Shown here piece by piece: positions 59,401 through 64,000 of a stretch of 64,000 nucleotides of DNA. The first letter of the stretch is position 1. Every line of letters begins with the position of its first letter. The notes beneath the pieces were generated by a model that had not been told where the DNA came from, searched no databases, and saw only the letters and a list, made by a program, of their open reading frames with translations. The translations under genes and the position numbers were made by a program. Source of the stretch: Bugula neritina (lineage: Eukaryota; Animalia; Bryozoa); contig OZ037765.1 in the NCBI GenBank assembly GCA_964035545.1, forward strand, positions 2,170,001 through 2,234,000, given 5' to 3'.

Positions 59401-62400
59401 TTATTTTGTGCAGACGACACAAGTCAGCTGTTTATTTGCCTCATATGGTGGGCATTGTCCTGTGGTGCCTTGTCCAGAACAGTCAGTTCTTACGAAATAG
59501 AACAAAGCTCCGTTAGTATTTCCTTCCATTCCTCTGAGGTGTTTTGGCTCAGCATCAACGCATTCGTAGGTGGTAGAGTGGTAAGCATGATGATTAGTCA
59601 TCAAGTAGCCTACAAGTATGAGGTTTATTGCAGTTCATTCATTTATTTTATAATAATTAATCATTGTTAACATTGAATTTTGTATTTTCTCAATTGTTAT
59701 CTTAATGTTTATGGATAATTTAGAGTTGGGATGGTAGCAGACCCAAAGAACAAATCTTTAGAAGCTATTTGAAATGTCAATTTACTATTGTGGTAAATAT
59801 TAAGAGTTATCCCCCTTGACACTTTACTTATGGTTATTTTTCTAAATACTGTAATCATAGCTAATTATGTAGCGTAACTTTCTAATACCTTAAACACTAT
59901 GGCTAATGTTGAGCTTTTAACATAGTAAATAGTTAATCCCTTTTCCCCCAATTACAAGTTACAATACGCATACACTTGGTTGGGTTCATTTTTTGCTGGT
60001 TCATGTAAACCGACAGTTGGACCGATTTCGGCAGGTGGATGCAGGCAGACCGAATGTCGGTTACCGATATTTCCAGTGTCGGTCACCGACATGACGAATG
60101 TCGGCGAACATCGGCCCGCTGTCGGTGGAAGGTTCTAGAGGTCCTTTGTTCTACCAGTATAAAAGGACACGCATTTTAGAGCTTCAGTCACTTGCGGACT
60201 GGAGCTCACACTGGATACTTCTCACTGCTACAATAAAGTACTGCAAGCACACGGCAACCTCTCTCTCTTGTCTCTTCTATAACAAGGAGTTATGTTCTCT
60301 GCCTGATTTCATTCTATCACCCACAAAACTACTACACTATAAAAGCAGCCAAGTCAAACAAAGTACTATCGGAGCTTTTAGAAAATTATGCTTTCAACAC
60401 TGTGCTTGTGCCAGCTTCAATTGTCTGGAGTGTGGCTCATTATGCTTATTATAGTTAACCCAAACACCCAGTCTGGTCAGGTCTCATATAGTCTGTATAT
60501 AATGCAAAGATTTGGCAAATGAGAATCTGTAGGAAGCATTAAGAAAGTATTAAAATGTAGATTATCTATAGAAGAATATAAGGGGACAGAGAGCTTCAGA
60601 AAGCAACGGTTTCTCAGTTTCTAACTTGGTATGTATGAAATAAAAACTAGCACCAAAAATCAGTTAATCTAATCTCTGAAACTCAGTCAGTTTAACGATA
60701 TAAAATTGAAACTTTTGATAAAAGTAATTGATTAAATGTACCTTCATATTCTTTAGTCCACTTAGCTGGACATTGCCTTTTAGCTGGAATCATAACAACA
60801 GCAGATCTGGTTTTAGTGTAGCATCTGGCACATGGTACGTTCTGATTAACAGTTGAATCAGGAAAGATATCTATATGTTTTCCAGTTTCATATTCAACTC
60901 CGCTTATCCAATCACCCCACCAGGTTGCACTTCCAGTATAGTATTTGTTGTACTGAGGATCTTTAAGAGGTAGACATTGATAGTTGACTCCACCCCCAGT
61001 ATGAGTAGCATAAGAACCTCCAGCAAATCCTGAAGTCAGAGAACATGTAAACACTATCACTCTGTTATAGCGGTTCCCGTATATTCAACATACAATAATG
61101 TGTACATGCCTTACAATACCTTCATAAAGTGTGACTGAAACAGTTTCACAAGTGTGTCTCCCCCATCTGGTGTACACAGCTCCACTTTCAACCACAGATG
61201 TAGCGCTTGGAAGTCCGGGAACACCACGTATTCCTTGTTCACCAGTAACCCCTTTTTCTCCTTTAGCACCTGGTAAACCAGGAAGACCGTAAGATCCAGG
61301 TGCCCCTTTATCTCCCTTCTGTCCTGGAAATCCATCAATTCCTGTAAAAAGATTCCAATTGAGTCTTCTTTCTATTGTTTCCTATAAGTTGCCTGCTTTG
61401 CCAATAAAGTCACAAAGAGTTTCACTGTAAGAATTAAGTTATTAGAGCAGATGTCTGCCTGGGGAATAAAATACAGATACTGTATCAGCTCTGTCCTTAA
61501 TATATGACTCACCATCTCTACCATCTCTGCCATTTACACCATCTTTTCCAGAAAGTCCTCTAACTCCTTGAAATAGGAGTAAAGTTTGTACTTTTAATGT
61601 ACTACTGAACATTCAGAACTAACGCAGTTTAAATAAAATTCCCTTTTTATTCCTCGACACTCAGGAATTATCACTTACCAAAAACACAAATCTGATTTAG
61701 TAATTTGGCCGTATCTTCATCATAACTGACTTCTAAGTCATCTGCTTCAGGTAGTTGTCCATTGAGTAGCTGCAAGATAGTCAGTAACAAGTAAAGACTC
61801 CATTTTTAGAGTAACAATTATATCTGTATGTGATGAAGAATTTCAAGTGCCTCAAGTCCATGCTACTATTTTGACTTGAAGAATATAGCATAGCACTAAA
61901 TAAAAAAGGGCGTTAAGTACATGACCTAGCTGGAGATTGTTAAATAGCACGAATAAAGTATAAATCAATGTTTTCCTGACGCTAGCTTTGACTTTGGGAA
62001 GAACTAGCTACTAATTTAGGCACAACAACCATTTTGTAAGATTAGTTTTTTGGCAATAAAGAAATTCTATATATAACAATGATTGCAATTTTCACAAATC
62101 ACAAGTTATAGAGACCTAAGATTCTGTCCAGATTACCAGGAGGTATAGGTCAAAGGTCAATACTGTTTTAGTGCATACTTAGTAGGTTATAAAAAATATT
62201 TATACCAGAAAGTTGAAAATTGAAAAATAAAGTATCTTTATATCCCTTTGTTAAATAACGACCTCAGTTAATGACCTAAAAATTATGAGACTATAAAATA
62301 ATTTTCAGCTGTTGGTTACACAGAATACAAGTGAGAATTTTAAGCATACACCACCCAGTTTTATAGAATAACAATTAATTTGTAAACGCAAGAAACTGAT

Positions 62401-62993
62401 TTAACAATAAAACTCACAGCATGAAGTAGTGAGTTGATAGTGTAAAGTTGAGAGTGAATCAGATTTCTTAAATCTTTATTTACTTGACTTTGCTCTTTCA
62501 TTTTGAGTTCTTATTCTTTCATCTTGTCTTCCAGTGACTTCAGTCTGTCTTCAAGTTCCTGAGTTTCCTTCTGGTGTAACTCTAGATTCTCTAGTCTGTC
62601 TTCCAAACTCTGTATTTTACTCTGGAGTACTTCTGCATACTCTTTAAACTCTTCACTGGGCAGTACAGTCGCAGATGCATAGCCAAGTAAGGTACAGAGT
62701 GCCAGCAAAACATGTGCTAAAATTTCAAAACACCACTGCCTACGTTTTGAGAGTATTCCGTAGTACTATTAGCCATCAAAGCTGTAATTTATGTTTAAAT
62801 TTGATGATGAATATTTTCCAATATTGTACCTGAAGTAATATTCTAGTTAAATACTCATTAGTTGTTATAAATAATAATAGTAATTAATAAGCCAGGCATA
62901 GCTTAGCATTCAGCAATAACAGAGCCACACATGTGACACATTACAAACTATCAGTATCTTATCTTCACCAAACGTAGCTGACTTCAAGTCCAT
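59401..62993 (-). pseudogene. Coiled-coil/short-chain collagen C4-like pseudogene, copy 9
   Basis: Exons 62993-62978, 62716-62418, 61769-61679, 61566-61513, 61341-61120, 61029-60742, 59609-59401. CAA>TAA stop at 62511-62513, exon-1 donor GT>CT at ~62977, upstream CCAAT>GCAAT at ~63066. Confidence 0.85.
60000..60340 (+). mobile_element. LTR-like insert in the last intron of copy 9
   Basis: GC/CpG-rich island in an AT-rich intron with TATAAAAGG (~60159), CAGTC (~60185) and AATAAA (~60232) in LTR order. The intron is ~1.1 kb versus ~0.3-0.5 kb in siblings. Ends and TSD not resolved. Confidence 0.5.
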
Positions 62994-64000
62994 TTTGCAC
63001 CTCTGCTATTCATGCAGTGTTATGATTAGAGATTCATAATTTATTCAAATTATTTGTCCAAGAAGGCAATCAGAACGTGCTGCAAAACGTACAAAAGCTA
63101 CTTTCCTTAAATTGTTATTGATTAAATAAATGAATTTGATGATAAAGTTTCACATTTAACTGATAAACTAAAACTTAATTATTTTATTTTATATGCTTAC
63201 AAACCTTTTAATTATTTGCAATATTTGTATATTTAGTTCTATCTCTGTCTATTTATTTAAAATTATTTAGCTATATATTACTTTCTACTATAACATAGGC
63301 CTATAGTTAGTGCAGTCATCATGTTTATCCATCAAGTATTAGAAAACTAACTCAATTTCTATAATGTCAAAAACATGAGAAGTTTTTCTTTACAGTAAGT
63401 TTCTGAAATTATTTTTGCTAATGATGTTGAATACAATAATTTGTATTTTTCTTTTGTTAATTTTCCACAAAACGTTTATTTATTTTTTTCACAAGGTTTA
63501 TGATATGTTTATGCACTTTTGAATCATTCCCATTGTTGATTTGGTGTGGTGGGAGGTAGTAAGATTTTTTAAAACATGAGATTTTGTAATTTCTTATAAA
63601 GCTAATTAAAGTAGCAGACACAGTGATTGCATGGTAAAGCTTATTAAAACACATATTTTAAAACTATATTTTAGCTGTAGGTTAAAATAAGTTATTTCAC
63701 AAGGATATCATGAAATTTGAACTTTTAAAACTATTATCCCCCTCTCATTCACAATAAAAAGATAATATAAACTAATCTAAAACATAAATAAGTACAAACT
63801 TGTTCACCTATCATTGAATGTGATGTACAAGTCTTGACACCAAACAACATGACATAAAGCCTTTACAAGTCTTCACTGTAACCCCCCCATTCACACTTAC
63901 AGTACCGTAGGCCGTAACATAAAACGTAAGCCATTTTTAATGCGTCCGGGCTGAAGTTTAAAAGTCCGCTAATAGGTAAAATATATGACATATTTCATTG

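Noticed and set aside
60098-60454. 118-aa ORF as a retroelement protein
   Set aside because: No gag/pol motifs; it overlaps the putative LTR signals.
30271-62993. Array as an assembly artefact of uncollapsed haplotypes
   Set aside because: Copies differ in exon lengths, intron types, insertions and many residues, more than expected for alleles. Long reads should still confirm the order.

Overview
AT-rich, intron-containing animal (invertebrate-like) genomic DNA, not prokaryotic. The left third holds two housekeeping genes head-to-head around a shared promoter (~11.75-12.1 kb). One is epsin (minus strand; ENTH, 2 UIM, DPW, clathrin box, 3 NPF; 7 coding exons). The other is an SLC35E3-like transporter (plus strand; 6 coding exons), whose intron 4 is a clear U12-type intron. 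From 17.5 kb to the window end is a tandem array of nine minus-strand, 7-exon genes. They encode secreted proteins with a signal peptide, coiled coil, linker, short Gly-X-Y collagen and a cysteine-rich C-terminal head of the sponge short-chain collagen C4 / collagen IV NC1-related type. Copies 1-2 are old and divergent. Copies 3-9 are recent 4.3-5.4 kb duplicates with near-invariant scaffolds, but their head domains carry several short hypervariable, aromatic/His-rich segments. They also differ in collagen stalk length (22-43 triplets), are mosaics of one another, alternate odd/even in a dimeric pattern, and include broken members (array copies 2, 8 and 9 are disrupted). This looks like a birth-and-death, diversified 'defence collagen' recognition family rather than a structural collagen (inference). 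Also present: tandem repeats that amplify splice sites, tRNA-derived SINE relics, foldback/MITE-like elements, an LTR-like insert and microsatellites. Exon coordinates were derived by eye from GT/AG sites and frame continuity.
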